The position numbers and the translations under genes were made by a program. The notes under the pieces are model-generated. The model did no database searches. It was not told the DNA's origin and saw only the letters and a list, made by a program, of their open reading frames with translations. From Mustelus asterias (taxonomy: Eukaryota), in NCBI RefSeq assembly GCF_964213995.1, contig NC_135808.1, forward strand, positions 20,336,001-20,400,000: a stretch of 64,000 bases of DNA. The letters run 5' to 3'. Shown here piece after piece: positions 40,201-51,845 of the stretch (position 1 is its first letter; the number at the start of each line of letters is the position of its first letter).

Positions 40201-43200
40201 ACCAGATCGGAAATCCTAAAGTATGTTATGGAGCCTGAATAGACCCAAACGATGTTCTGTTTTGGCATTTGTGTGAGGATAATTTGTTTCACTCCAGATG
40301 TGATTCTATTGACACATGAGGAAGTTTGTATCAAAAGTGGAAAACCACGACCTGCATTTTTTCCCTCGAAGCAACCCACGATCCTGACTTGGAAGCATAT
40401 CGCCTTTCCTTCACTGTCGCTTGGTCAAAATGCTGAAACTCCCTCCGGAACAGCATTGTGAAAAAGTGAAGTAAATATTATTTATTAATCACAGGTAGGT
40501 TTACATTAACACTGCAATGAAGTTACTGTGAAAATCTCCTCGGCGCCACACTCCAGCGCCTGTTCGGGTACATTGAGGGAGAATTTGGCATGGCCAATTC
40601 ATCTAACCTGCACACTTTTGGACGAAACCAGAGCACCTGGAGGAAACCCACACAGACATGGGGAGAACGTGCAAATTCCACACAGATAGGCACTCAAGCT
40701 GGGAATCGAACCCAGGTCCTTGGTGCTGTGAGGCAGCAGTGCTAACCACTGTGGGTGCACCTGCACCACCAGGGCTGCAGCAGTTCAAAAAGGCACCACC
40801 TTCTTAAGGGAAATGAGGGATGGGAAATAAATGCTGGGTCTAGCTAGTGACGCCCACATCCCATAAATGATTTTTTAAAAAAGAAATGCTGTTTGATATA
40901 ATTCACCGCTAGCTTTTGGATGTATGGTCTACATACAAAGCATCACACTAGAATTGAAATTCATATACTGCATTCGTCATTTGTATAATAGGCAGAAGGT
41001 CTTTTTGGCTTGAGTGCAGCCACCTGTTAGTGGTGAATATCATTTATTGCTCAGGAAAAGGCTTTGATTAATCAGAGTCTAACTGCCTGGTTTAAACTTC
41101 AAACAATGTTGTGCAGTTAACTGTCAGTCACCTGATGCCTCCTCCATAGCAACACCTCTACCAATCAGAGTCTACCTGTTAACTAATCAACATTGTTTTC
41201 TTACATAGGATAAGTTATTTTCCGCATATTCTTGAAAAGTGCCCCGATGAGTGCAAGGTGAAACATTTTGGCAGGTCTCTTTTCTGCAAATCTCAAGTTC
41301 TGTGCTTCTCAATGGATGATGGATATCTCTTTGGAGAAGGAAACCTGCCATCCTTGCCCGCTTTGCCCTGACTCCAGACCCACAGCAATGTGGTTGATTC
41401 TTAACTGCCCCACTGAAATGACCGAGCAAATTACTCAGTTCATGAGCAATAAGGCTGGGCAGCAAATGCAGACAGTGGCAGCGATATCCATTCCCCCTGA
41501 AACAACACAAGAAAATATGCTGGCATCTGTGCTAGCGGATGATGCTGAGTGTTCAGAAGGAAAATGTCTGCGGTGATAGTATGAAGATAGTTTGTTTTTC
41601 CCAGCTCTTTATACCCTGACTCTGGAAATTAAGTGTGATGGGTTTTTAAAAATCATTTCTGGGGATGTGCACACCTCGACAAGGCCAACGTTTATTGTCC
41701 ATCTCCAACAGACCTTGTGAAGATGTTGGTGAACTAACTTCTTGGATTGTTCCAGGTCACCTGATGTAGGTATACCAAATAGTGCAGTTCAGGAGGGAGT
41801 TACAGGAGTGGCTCAGAAAGGAACTTGCAGAAAGAGGTGTTCCCTTTCACCTGGCACCCTTGTCCTTCCAGATGACAAGTTATAGATTCATATGCCAAAA
41901 CCCTCCCATCTCGCCTGCCACGGAATCGGAGCAGATGAGGAGCTAAAAGCGAAAATGTTCGTTGACCTCGGTGGGAATTTCCTGTCTCCTCCAGTGAGGC
42001 AATAAAATTCCGAATTTTACAGCACAAAAAGGTGCCCTGTGGCCCATCGTGTCAGTGTTGGCCATTAAACACCTATCTATTCTCATCCCATTTTGCACCA
42101 CATAGTCCGTAGCCTTGATCGCTACGCCGTTTCAAGTGCTCATTTAAATGCTTCATAAGGGTTCCCACCTCTACCACCCTTTCAGGCAGTGAGTTCCAGA
42201 TTCCCACCACCCTCTGGGTGAAAAAGTGTTTCCTCAAATCCGCTCTAAATCTCCTGCCCCCTTACCTGAAAATATGCCCCCTGTTTATTGATCCCTCTGC
42301 TAATGGGAAACGTTTCTTCCTCTCTCCACTATCTATGTCCGTTCTAATCTCACACACCTCGATCATGCCCTCCCTATAACCCCCCACCCGTTCCACCCCT
42401 CAGCTTTCTCTCCCCCACCGAGGACAACCCCACTCTATCCAGCCTCTCTCCATAGCTGAAACGTTCCAACCCAGGCAACATCCTTGTCAATAAAGGAAAT
42501 GCTGGAAAACCTCAGAAATTCTGACTGCATCTGTGGAGAGAGAACAGAGCTAACGTTTGGAGTCTAGATGACCCATTCTGTTTTTGTTTCAGATTTCAGC
42601 ATCTGCAGCAATTTGCTTTTCACATCCTGGTTAATCTCTACTGCACTCTCTCTAGTGCAATCACATCCTTCCTATAGTGTGGCGACCCGAGCAGCACACA
42701 GAACTCTAGCTGTGGTCTTACGTGTGTTTTATACAGTTCCATCATAACCTTCTTGTTCTCCCACCCTATGCCACGTCTTATAATGACAAATATCCAGTAT
42801 ACCTTCTTAACCACTTGTCCTGTTGTCTTGAAGGATCTATGGACATTTACCCCCAAGGTTGCTCTTATTATCTGTACTTCCTAGCATTCCACCGTTCATT
42901 GTGTATTAGCTTGCCTTGCTAGTCCTCCCATAATGCATCACCTTACACTTTTCAGGTTTAAATCTCACTTCCACTGTTCTGTCCATCTGACCAGTCCTGT
43001 AAGCCAAGGCTTCCTCCTCGTTGTACAACACCGCCAACTTCGTGTCACCTATGAACGTACTGATCATACCTTCCATAGTCACGTCTAAACTATTATTGTA
43101 CACTACAAACAGCAAGTGACCCAGCACCGACAGCTGGGGTGCAGCACTGGACCCGGGCTTCCAGTCACAAAAACAAGCTCCGAACATCACTCTGCCTCCT

Positions 43201-43890
43201 GCCACTAAGCCAATTTTGGATCCAATTTGCCAAATTGCCCTGGATCGCCTTAACTAGTCTGCAATGTGGGATCTTGTCAAAAAGCCTTACTCAAGTCTAA
43301 CTGCATTGTCCTCATCTACACATCTAGTTACCTCCTCAAACAACACAACCAAATTTGTTAGACACGATCCCCCCTTGACAAAACCATGCTGATAATCCTT
43401 GAGTAATTTTTGCCTATCCAAGTGCAGAGTAACTCAGTCCCTCAATTTATTTCCCAATAATTTCCCTTCCACTGCGTAACACAGTGGCTAGCACTGCTGC
43501 CACACAACGCTGGGGACCTGGGTTCAATTCCAGCCTCGGGTCACTGTCTGTGTGGAGTTTGCACATTCTCTCCGTGTCTGCACAGGTTTCCTCCGGGTGC
43601 TCCGGTTTCCTCCCACTGTCCAAAGATGTGCGGGTTAGGCTGATTGGCCATGCTAAATTGATCCTCGTGTCAGGGGGATGAGCAGGTCAAATGAGGATTG
43701 CGGGAGTAGGGCCTGGATGGGATTGTGGTCTGTACAGACTCGATGGGCCGAATGGCCTCCTTCTGCGCTGTAGGGATTCTATGATTCTGATGGTATACTC
43801 ACTGGCCTGTAGTTACCTGGCTCATCCCTAGTTCCATTCTTGAATAATGGTACCGCGTTGGCTGTTCTCCAGTCCTCTGGCACCTCTCCT

Positions 43891-44027
43891 GACTCACCTG
43901 ACGAAGGGGCAGCGCTCCGAAAGCTAGTGGCTTTTGCTACCAAATAAACCTGTTGGACTTTAACCTGGTGTTGTGAGACTTCTTGCTGTGTTTACCCCAG
44001 TCCAACGCCGGCATCTCCACATCATGA
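43891..44027 (+). mobile_element. Short Penelope pseudo-LTR insertion inside a CR1 fragment
   Basis: Same pLTR sequence, TSD ACCTCTCC; similar short copies at about 1-65, 1365-1638, 14260-14412, 22132-22245, 23007-23303, 26032-26254. Confidence 0.8.
43895..43929 (+). ncRNA. Minimal type I hammerhead ribozyme motif in Penelope pLTR
   Basis: CAC-CUGACGA-A-GGGGC/AGC/GCUCC-GAAA-GCU-A-GUG: intact core, stem II, palindromic AGCU stem III, stem I CAC:GUG. Confidence 0.7.
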
Positions 44028-44399
44028 CCTCTCCGGTGGCCAGAGAGGATTTGAAAATTAGTGTCATGCCGTTGGTCTAGAAAGAACTTATCAAATCCTA
44101 ATCACTATAATGCAAGACCAGTGGGCCTAACGCACATTTCCCAATGTAACATTTTCCTCGTGTCGCGTTCCCATATATAATTATCGAATATGGAATATTT
44201 AATTCTCCACTGCTCCTATTAGTCTTTAAACTCTCATTAGAACTCTGCACGAGTGGATAATATTTTCTTTATTGTGTTTCCTTCAGTCCTACTTTCTGTT
44301 CACTGGAGAACAGCCAACGTGGTACAATTATTCAAGAATGGAACTCGGGATGAGCCAGGTAACTACAGGCCAGTGAGTGTTCAACATACCACACTAACC

Positions 44400-44811
44400 A
44401 CGAGGCCGAAAGTGTGCTTTATTTTACACAATTTTTTCCGATCTTTATTTCAGTTGCTTCGGGTTTCCCAGAAGCGGCGAGCAGAGCACTGTCGCGGATT
44501 ATTTTTGAGAACCTGCATCCGAGACATATTTAACAAAGAACTCGAACTGTCAAATAGTTTTTTAAAAGATCTGCAACACACACATACGCGTCCGTCCGAT
44601 GTGCAATCTCGTCTCTGCTATGTTGCAATTGCTCATTACGTGCGACGAAAATCACACTTCAACGCGTATTTGCAGTAACCGCACGGGCTGTAAATAACAC
44701 AAAATCTGCGAGACGGGGGCCTCTCCATCTGCTGTCTAGCGAGACAGTCGAGAAAGAGAGAGAGAGAGGACAGACCACTAGAACCATCACAGAATGAGGG
44801 AGAGTGTAAGC
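44400..44811 (+). promoter_or_regulatory. CpG-richer unique segment; possible promoter/first exon of the NCR3-like gene
   Basis: Locally elevated CpG, RUNX-type AACCGCA, forkhead GTAAATA, GA repeat, GTAAGC donor at 44806; AG acceptors just before the leader ATG at 47878. Confidence 0.3.
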
Positions 44812-45644
44812 GTCTGCAAGAAAATCTGACCCAGAACCCAACAACATCTTTGCAGGTCTGGCAGCATCTGGAAGGAGGGAAAAGTCAAAGGTTCATCTGG
44901 ACTCGACACGTCAGCTCTTTTCTCTCCTTGCAGATGCTGCCAGACCTGTTGAGATTTTCCAGCATTTTTCTTTTGGTTTCAGATTCCAGCATTCGCACTA
45001 ATTTGTTTTTATGCAACAACATCTTATCTCGGGGAATTCGGCTAAATCAATTCTGGGTGGCCCGGTGGCACAGTGGCAAGCACTGCTGCCTCACAGCTCC
45101 AGTTGAACCCGGGTTCGATTCCCCGCCTTGGGTGATTGGCTGTGTGGAGTTCGCACATTCTGGCCATGTCTGCGTGGGTTTCCTCCGAGTGCTCCAAAAG
45201 GCAGGTTGATTAACCATGCTAATTAATGTCCCAAGATGTCTAGGTTCAGGTGGATTGGCCAGGGCAATTGTGTCGAGCCTAGGTACGTTACTCTGTCAGA
45301 GAATGGGTGCAGACTCGATGGGCTGAATGGCCTCTTCGAGGGATTCTAAAAATTCCAATGCGGACGATATTGAATACAAATCACCAGCAGGTGATCTTAT
45401 TTCGGCCATCTTATTTAGAGATTGTCCACCAGACATCAGCCAGGATAATCATTCTGAACACTCTCTCGAATAAACTTCCAAGCGTCATGTAAAACAGTTC
45501 TCAGAGTATGAAATGAATCGCAAAGCTTCTATTCATGAATTCCGGAGAATCCCGGACATACCAAAGTGTTAATATATGAATGCGCTGTCCAGCCGAAAAA
45601 CAAGCCATTAGGTCCACCTGATCTCAGTCAAGCTCCAATGAACG

Positions 45645-45970
45645 CGGCACGGTAGCACAGTGGTTAGCACTGCTGCTTCACGGCTCCAGGGTCCCGGGTT
45701 CGATTCCCGGCTCACTGTCTGTGTGGAGTTTGCACATTCTCCTCGTGTCTGCGTGGGTTTCCCCCGGGTACTCCGGTTTCCTCCCACAGTCCAAAGATGT
45801 GCGGGTTAGGTTGATTGGCCAGGTTATAAAATGTCCCTTAGAGTCCTGGGATGCGTAGGTTAGAGGAATTAGCGGGTAAAATATGTGGGGGTAGGGCCTG
45901 GGTGGGATTGTGGTCGGTGCAGACTCGATGGGCCGAATGGCCTCCTTCTGCACTGTAGGGTTTCTATGAA
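45645..45970 (+). mobile_element. HE1-type SINE (low divergence)
   Basis: Near-consensus copy; further plus-strand copies at about 27060, 27540, 37360, 38270, 43480, 45055, 46463, 49327, 53358, 60062, 61935. Confidence 0.9.
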
Positions 45971-47877
45971 CACTTTTTCACCTTTCCTCATCGACTTCCA
46001 TATTAACCTTTTATTCCCGTCTCCCTCATCCGCGTATCTATCTCCCCATTAAATGCAATGTTCTCCTACTGACACTTGATCTATTTGGCCCACCTCATTT
46101 CCAAGAACCTAGTCGAGAGTGCCTCCTCTCTCGTGGAGTGGAAGCATATTGCGAAGAATTTTTTTTTGAACACACTCGAGGCTCTCTTGTCCCCTTTTGC
46201 TTTTTACACGACTACTATTCCAGTCTATATTTGGATAATTATATATATTGTATCATTTTTGTTCCTCCCTGTAATTTCCATGGAAATTTATTCCACTACA
46301 TCCTTATCTGTAGTTCGTGGTGGATAGACCATTCGCTTCAATCACCCGCTGGTGAGCTCCATCTTCTCAGCACTCCCTGTTTGAGGAATTCTCCATAGGA
46401 TTTCATGGCGGCTGCCTTATATTTAGCATTCCTAGTTATTCTCGAACCCACCACAGCATTTTGGGGCGGCACGGTAGCACAGTGGTTAGCACTGCTACTT
46501 CACAGCTCCAGGGACCTGGGTTCGATTCCCGGCTTAGGTCACTGTCTGTGGGGAGTTTGCACATTCTCCTCGTGTCTGCGTGGGTTTCCTCCGGGTGCTC
46601 CGGTTTCTCCCCACAGTCCAAAGATGTGCGGGTTAGGTTGATTGGCCATGCTAAAAAATTGCCCTTAGTGTCCTGGGATTCGTAGGTTAGAGGGATTAGT
46701 GGGCGGATATGGGGATAGGGCCTGGGTGGGATTGTGGTCGGTGCAGACTCGATGGGCCGAATGGCCTCTTTCTGTGCTGTAGGGTTTCTAAGATTTTCTC
46801 TGTGCATCCACTCTCACAAAACTTTTCGTTAGCGGGCGGGTAAGTGGAACTAAACCACTACCAGATCAGCCATGATCTTATTGAATGGCGGGGCAGGCTC
46901 GAGGGGCTAGATGGCCTACTCCTGCTCCTATTCCTTATGGGATGGCGGGCCAGAGTTCATTGCCCACCAAAGGGCACTTAAGAGTCAACCACTCTGCTGT
47001 GGACCTGGGAGTGGAATATCGGTCAGACCAGGCAAGGACGACAGATTTCCTCTCCGTCAGTGAACCAAAGGGGTTTTCACGAAAATCGACTTTTTTATAA
47101 ATGGAACATGTCACCACTTGCCATGATGAGATTCGAACACTCGTCCTCAGAGCCTGAGTCTCCACTTTACAAGTCCACTGACAATACCATTGCACCACCG
47201 CTTCCCCATCACCACTGCCAAGTCACCTCTCAACCCTACTTTTCAAGAGAAATGAGACCCAGACTGTCAATTATTTCCGACTAGGTGTTTCCACGCCTTG
47301 CTGGGATCATCCCTGCAAACCTTCTCTGCATCCATTGCAGTCATTCCCTCCCTCCGCAACTTTTGGGTATACCTGTAACTTATTTTACAATATGGCGACG
47401 GAATTACACGCAGTTTGGTCCAACCAAGGTTTCGCACAACATCTCACTTTTCAGTTCCATCCCTCCAGAAATAAAGCCTAGTTTATTGGTTTGTTTTTGT
47501 ATAGCTTTGATAACCTGCATCCCAATTTTCAGTGATTAGTGTTTCTGCATTCGGAGAACCCTTTGTTTCTCCCCTACACCTTCCAATTAATGAGTGATTT
47601 TTCAATTTGTCCGATTGAAATCTACCACCTCATATTCATCTGTGATAAGCTTCTGGCACAAGTCCAGAAGGCACAATATCAGCATTTGCGAAACATGCTT
47701 GTGGTGGCGAGAGTAAAGTGCCAACGCACTTTTCTACTCTCCCTGTTCTTCCGGGGCGTCACATCTACTCTGATGGCAAGCGTGACATTTTGCAACTCAC
47801 CCCCGCAAGCTCCCGACTTATTACTTCTGCTGACCGTCGATATTTCTAATTTCATTGATCGTGCAGTGCAGGACCAG

Positions 47878-47920
47878 ATGGATTCCAGATGCATAGTGTG
47901 GATACTGTACTTTTGCTCTG
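47878..47920 (+). CDS. NCR3: NKp30/NCR3-like receptor, leader exon (MDSRCIVWILYFCS-G)
   Basis: ATG, short hydrophobic leader, GTAAGT donor; 43 nt, phase 1 joins the V exon to give ...FCSGMFTEDINVTQSP. Confidence 0.75.
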
Positions 47921-48601
47921 GTAAGTACCGATTGCATACTTCGGTCAGAGAAGGTAACATCTCAAAAAGGTGGTTTAAACAGGCATTCGTGAGGCGTGGT
48001 CTACAATGTAAAGAGTAGTGCAACTTAGCAAGGAAAGTAAGACAATGAAAGTGCACAGAGATAGTTAATTATGGAAACATAGAAAGGTGACAGTGCGTAA
48101 AGAGGAGCTGCCCGGGGAGGTGGTGGGAGCAGGTATGATAGCGGCATTTAAGGGACATCTAGACGAATACATGGGAATGGACTCAGGAAGTGCATACGGT
48201 TTTAGCTTACATAGAAACCCTACAGTGCAGAAGGAGGCCATTTGGCCCATTGAGTCTGCACCGACCACAATCCCGCCCAGCCCCTATCCTCGTAGCCCCA
48301 CGTACTTACCCTGCTTGCCCCCCCTGACACTAAGGGTCAATTTAGCATGGCCAATCCACCTAACCCGCACATCTTTGGACTGTGGGAGGAAACCGGAGCA
48401 CCTGGAGGAAACCCAGGTAGGCAATGGTGGTGCAGGCATCACGATCGGCGCAGGCTTGAAGGGCCGAAGGGCTTGTTCCTGTGCTGTACTGTTCTTTGTT
48501 CTTGTTCTCTTTGTTCATTCAGCCCATCAGGTCCTTTAGGAAGGAAATCTGCCGTCCTTACCCGGTCTGGCCTACATGTGACTTCAGATCCAGAGTGATG
48601 T

Positions 48602-48830
48602 CAAAAGAGAAAATGCTGGAAAACCTCAGCAGGTCTGGCAGCATCTGTAAGGAGGGAAAGGAGTTGACGTTTCGAGTGCAGATGATCCTTTGTCAAAACA
48701 TTTTGACAAAGGGCCATCTTGTCTCAAAACGTCTGCTCTTTTCCCTCCTTGCAGATGCTGCCAGACCTGCCAAGATTTTCCAGCATTTTCTCTCTTGGTT
48801 TCAGATTCCAGCATCTGCAGTAATTTGTTT
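48602..48830. repeat. Foldback (about 190-bp hairpin) repeat, probably derived from a second Penelope-type pLTR
   Basis: About 90-bp inverted arms around TTTGTCAAAA-CA-TTTTGACAAA; TSD AGTGATGT; partial copies at about 10955-11120, 33710-33855, 42495-42620, 44850-45010. Confidence 0.75.
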
Positions 48831-50431
48831 TTAACCACAGTGATGTGGTTGATTCTCAAATGCCCTCGGGTAACTTGGGATGGGCAATGAATTCGAGCCA
48901 GCCAGTGACACCCATGTCCCATGGGGGGATCTCATGGAGACTAATAAAATTGTCACAGGACTAGACAGGGTATTTGCAGGGGAGATGTTCCCGATGGTGG
49001 GGGAGTCCAGAACCAGGGGTCGCAGTCTGAGGATTCAGGGTCGACCATTTAGGATGGAGATGAGGAGACATTTCTTTACCCAAATAGTGATGAGCCTGTG
49101 GAATTCATTACCACAGGAAGTAGTTGATGCCAAAACATTGAATGTATACAAGAGGTGGCTGGATATAGCACTTGGGGCGAAGGGGATCAAAAGTTATGGG
49201 AGAAAGCAGGATTAGTCTATTGAGTTGGACGATCAGCCATGATCGTAATGAATGGAACAGCAGGCTCGAAAGGCCAAATGGCCTCCTCCTGTTCCTATCT
49301 TCTATGTTTCCAGGAATAAAAACTTGGGGCGGCACGGTGGCACAATGGTTAACACTGCTGCTTCACAGCTCCAGGGACCTGGGTTCGATTCCCGGCTTAG
49401 GTCACTGTCTGAGTGGAATTTGCACATTCTCCTTGTGTCTGCATGGGTTTCCTCCGGGTGCTCCAGTTTCCTCCCACGTTCCAAAGATGTGCAGGTTCGG
49501 TTGATTGGCCATGTTTAAATTGCCCCTTAGTGTCATGAGATGTGTAGGTTAGAGGGCTTAGTGGGTAAAATATGTAGTGATATGGGGGTAGAGCCTGGGT
49601 GGGATTGTGGTTGGTGCAGACTCGATGGGCCGAATGGCCTCTTTCTGTACTGTAGCGTTTCTAAGTCTGCGCCGGCCAAAAAAAACCTTGCCATTCGTTT
49701 TAATCCCACTTTCCAGCACTTGGTCCCGAGCCTTTCAGGTTCCAGTGCTTCACTTACAGATCCAGATATCTTTTCAATGGTTTCATTGTTTCGACCACCA
49801 GCTTAGGCAGTGAATTGCAGACACCCATCACCCTCTGGGTGAAAAGGTTTCTCCTCACATCCCCTGTCATCCTTCTATCAAATCCTCTTAAATCCATGCC
49901 TTCTGGTAAGTGACACCTCAGCCAGGGGAAACTAGTCTTTCCTGTCTATCCTGTGTAGGCCGCTCATAATTATGGAGCACCTTAATTAGATCACCCTTCT
50001 CTGTCCTAAAGAAAAAGAACCCCAGCCTATCCAATTTCTCCTCCCACCTAGTTTTGTTAGATTAAATTAGGGACAAAGGACAGTACACATGTTTGGAGTT
50101 CTTAGAATAGAAACATGGAATTTGTGTATCCTCCTTGAACCAGCTGAGAACACAGAGGGCTATCAACTCACTGGTGGACAAATGGTACCTCCAATGCTCA
50201 TCACTCCTTCAGCCCTGCACTGGCATATGAATCTAACATACATGTGATACTGGAGGGAGTCTCCAATCCATAAGCTTGACAAAGGGCCGTGGGTGGAAAA
50301 AAATGATTTCCAAACAAGTGATAGTTATAAAGTTGGCTGGTCTATTATGCCTTCCAATTGAGATACTGGGAAGTATTCAATCATGATTGTTGGGTTCTGT
50401 TAATGAACCAGAAAGGTGCACATCTGAGCCT

Positions 50432-50967
50432 TGTGTGTGTGTGTGTGTCTGAGAGAGAGAGAGAGAGAGTATATGTGCGTGTGAGTGTTTATGTGCGAGT
50501 GTGTGTGTGTATGAATGTGTGTGTGTAAGTGTTTGTGTGTGTGTGAGTGTTTGCGTGTGTGTGCATGTGATTGTGTGTGAGTGAGTGTGCGTGAGTGAGT
50601 GTGTGTGTCACTGTGTGTATGTGTGTGTGAGAGAGTGTCTGTGAGAGGGTGTGTGTGTGAGGGAGAGTGTGTGTGAGTTTGTGTGAGAGAGTGTGTGTGT
50701 TTGTTTGAGTGTGTGTGTGTGAGTGAGTGCATGTGAGTGNNNNNNNNNNNNNNNNNNNNNNNNNNNNNNNNNNNNNNNNNNNNNNNNNNNNNNNNNNNNN
50801 NNNNNNNNNNNNNNNNNNNNNNNNNNNNNNNNNNNNNNNNNNNNNNNNNNNNNNNNNNNNNNNNNNNNNNNNNNNNNNNNNNNNNNNNNNNNNNNNNNNN
50901 NNNNNNNNNNNNNNNNNNNNNNNNNNNNNNNNNNNNNNNNNNNNNNNNNNNNNNNNNNNNNNNNNNN
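50432..50967. repeat. Degenerate (GT)n tract running into an assembly gap (N 50740-50967)
   Basis: Direct reading. Confidence 0.92.
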
Positions 50968-51506
50968 AACTAGGAATAACCGTGGAGTGAAAGATTCAAA
51001 GCAATGCAACCTTTATTTAATGGAAGGAAATTCGTTGGGTTCCATTAGAGGAAATTTCCCCCACATTTTTCATTCTGTCTCCGTCCACGGGATGTGTTGG
51101 GCCACAGCGGTAATATCGACCTCAATGGAAGCAAATCCCCTCGGCTCCTCGCTAGCACTCCTGCGGGTTCCTGTCCTGCGAAGTTCAGGTCAGTTACACC
51201 AGCTGATGGAAAATGGTTACCTGTGCGCCAGAAATGTCCCTGGAGGTTCTCCGCTGCCTCTGGCGCCTGAAGCAGGAGTTGCCTTTGGGGAAAAATACAC
51301 CCAACAGGGTTGACTTTGCTTTGTTTAGAAACACCCTTCCTACGTTTTTCTTTTGGATCAGCGCTGTTGCTCTGGAGTCTACACTTAATGTTTCCCGTGT
51401 CTTAAGTATATTAGTATGTCAATTCCCCCCATCCCTTCCTCCATGTTGATTTTCAGAAGGTGTGGAATGTGGTGCGTCAGAAATTGTCTATTTGATATAT
51501 TAACAG

Positions 51507-51845
51507 GAATGTTTACAGAAGACATCAACGTTACTCAAAGCCCGCTCTTTACCAATGCCACCGAGGGGCAGTCGGTGCTGCTGAACTGCACGTATGAAGG
51601 GCCCTTCGGAGTCGGATTCTTCAGGTGGCACAAAAACACTAGAGACGGAGTGGAGGTCACCGACCAAGCTGTGGAATTCCGAGGGCGGGTGTCCCGGGCC
51701 AGTGCCGATGCCTTTAAGGAAAAGAGGGAGGCCTCCATTCACATAAAGGACTTGAGGCTTTACGATTCAGGGACATATTACTGCCTAGTGGAACTAATGG
51801 AGCTTGAGGGAAAATATGGACCAGGGACAACACTTAATGTAGTGC
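51507..51845 (+). CDS. NCR3: NKp30/NCR3-like single Ig V domain (germline VJ type)
   Basis: CAG acceptor, GTGAGT donor, 339 nt, phase 1-1; canonical Cys (LNCTY), Trp (FRWHK), DSGTYYC and J-like YGPGTTLNV; NKp30-like GxEV....EFRGR and AsIHIkDlR; three NxT sequons. Confidence 0.88.

Larger units (their letters stand above)
42030..44070 (-). mobile_element. Old degenerate CR1 LINE with nested SINE, foldback and Penelope insertions
   Basis: Remnants PQ.SVLGHLLFVVY.N.LD, ELYKT.VRPQLEFC....SPHYRKDVIALERVQ. Confidence 0.8.

Noticed and set aside
46463-46535. tRNA-like A/B boxes
   Set aside because: SINE heads, not tRNA genes.
51219-51285. Minus-strand AG/GT-flanked segment antisense to the NCR3-like intron
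   Set aside because: Isolated, with no partner exons or recognisable product; consistent with chance.
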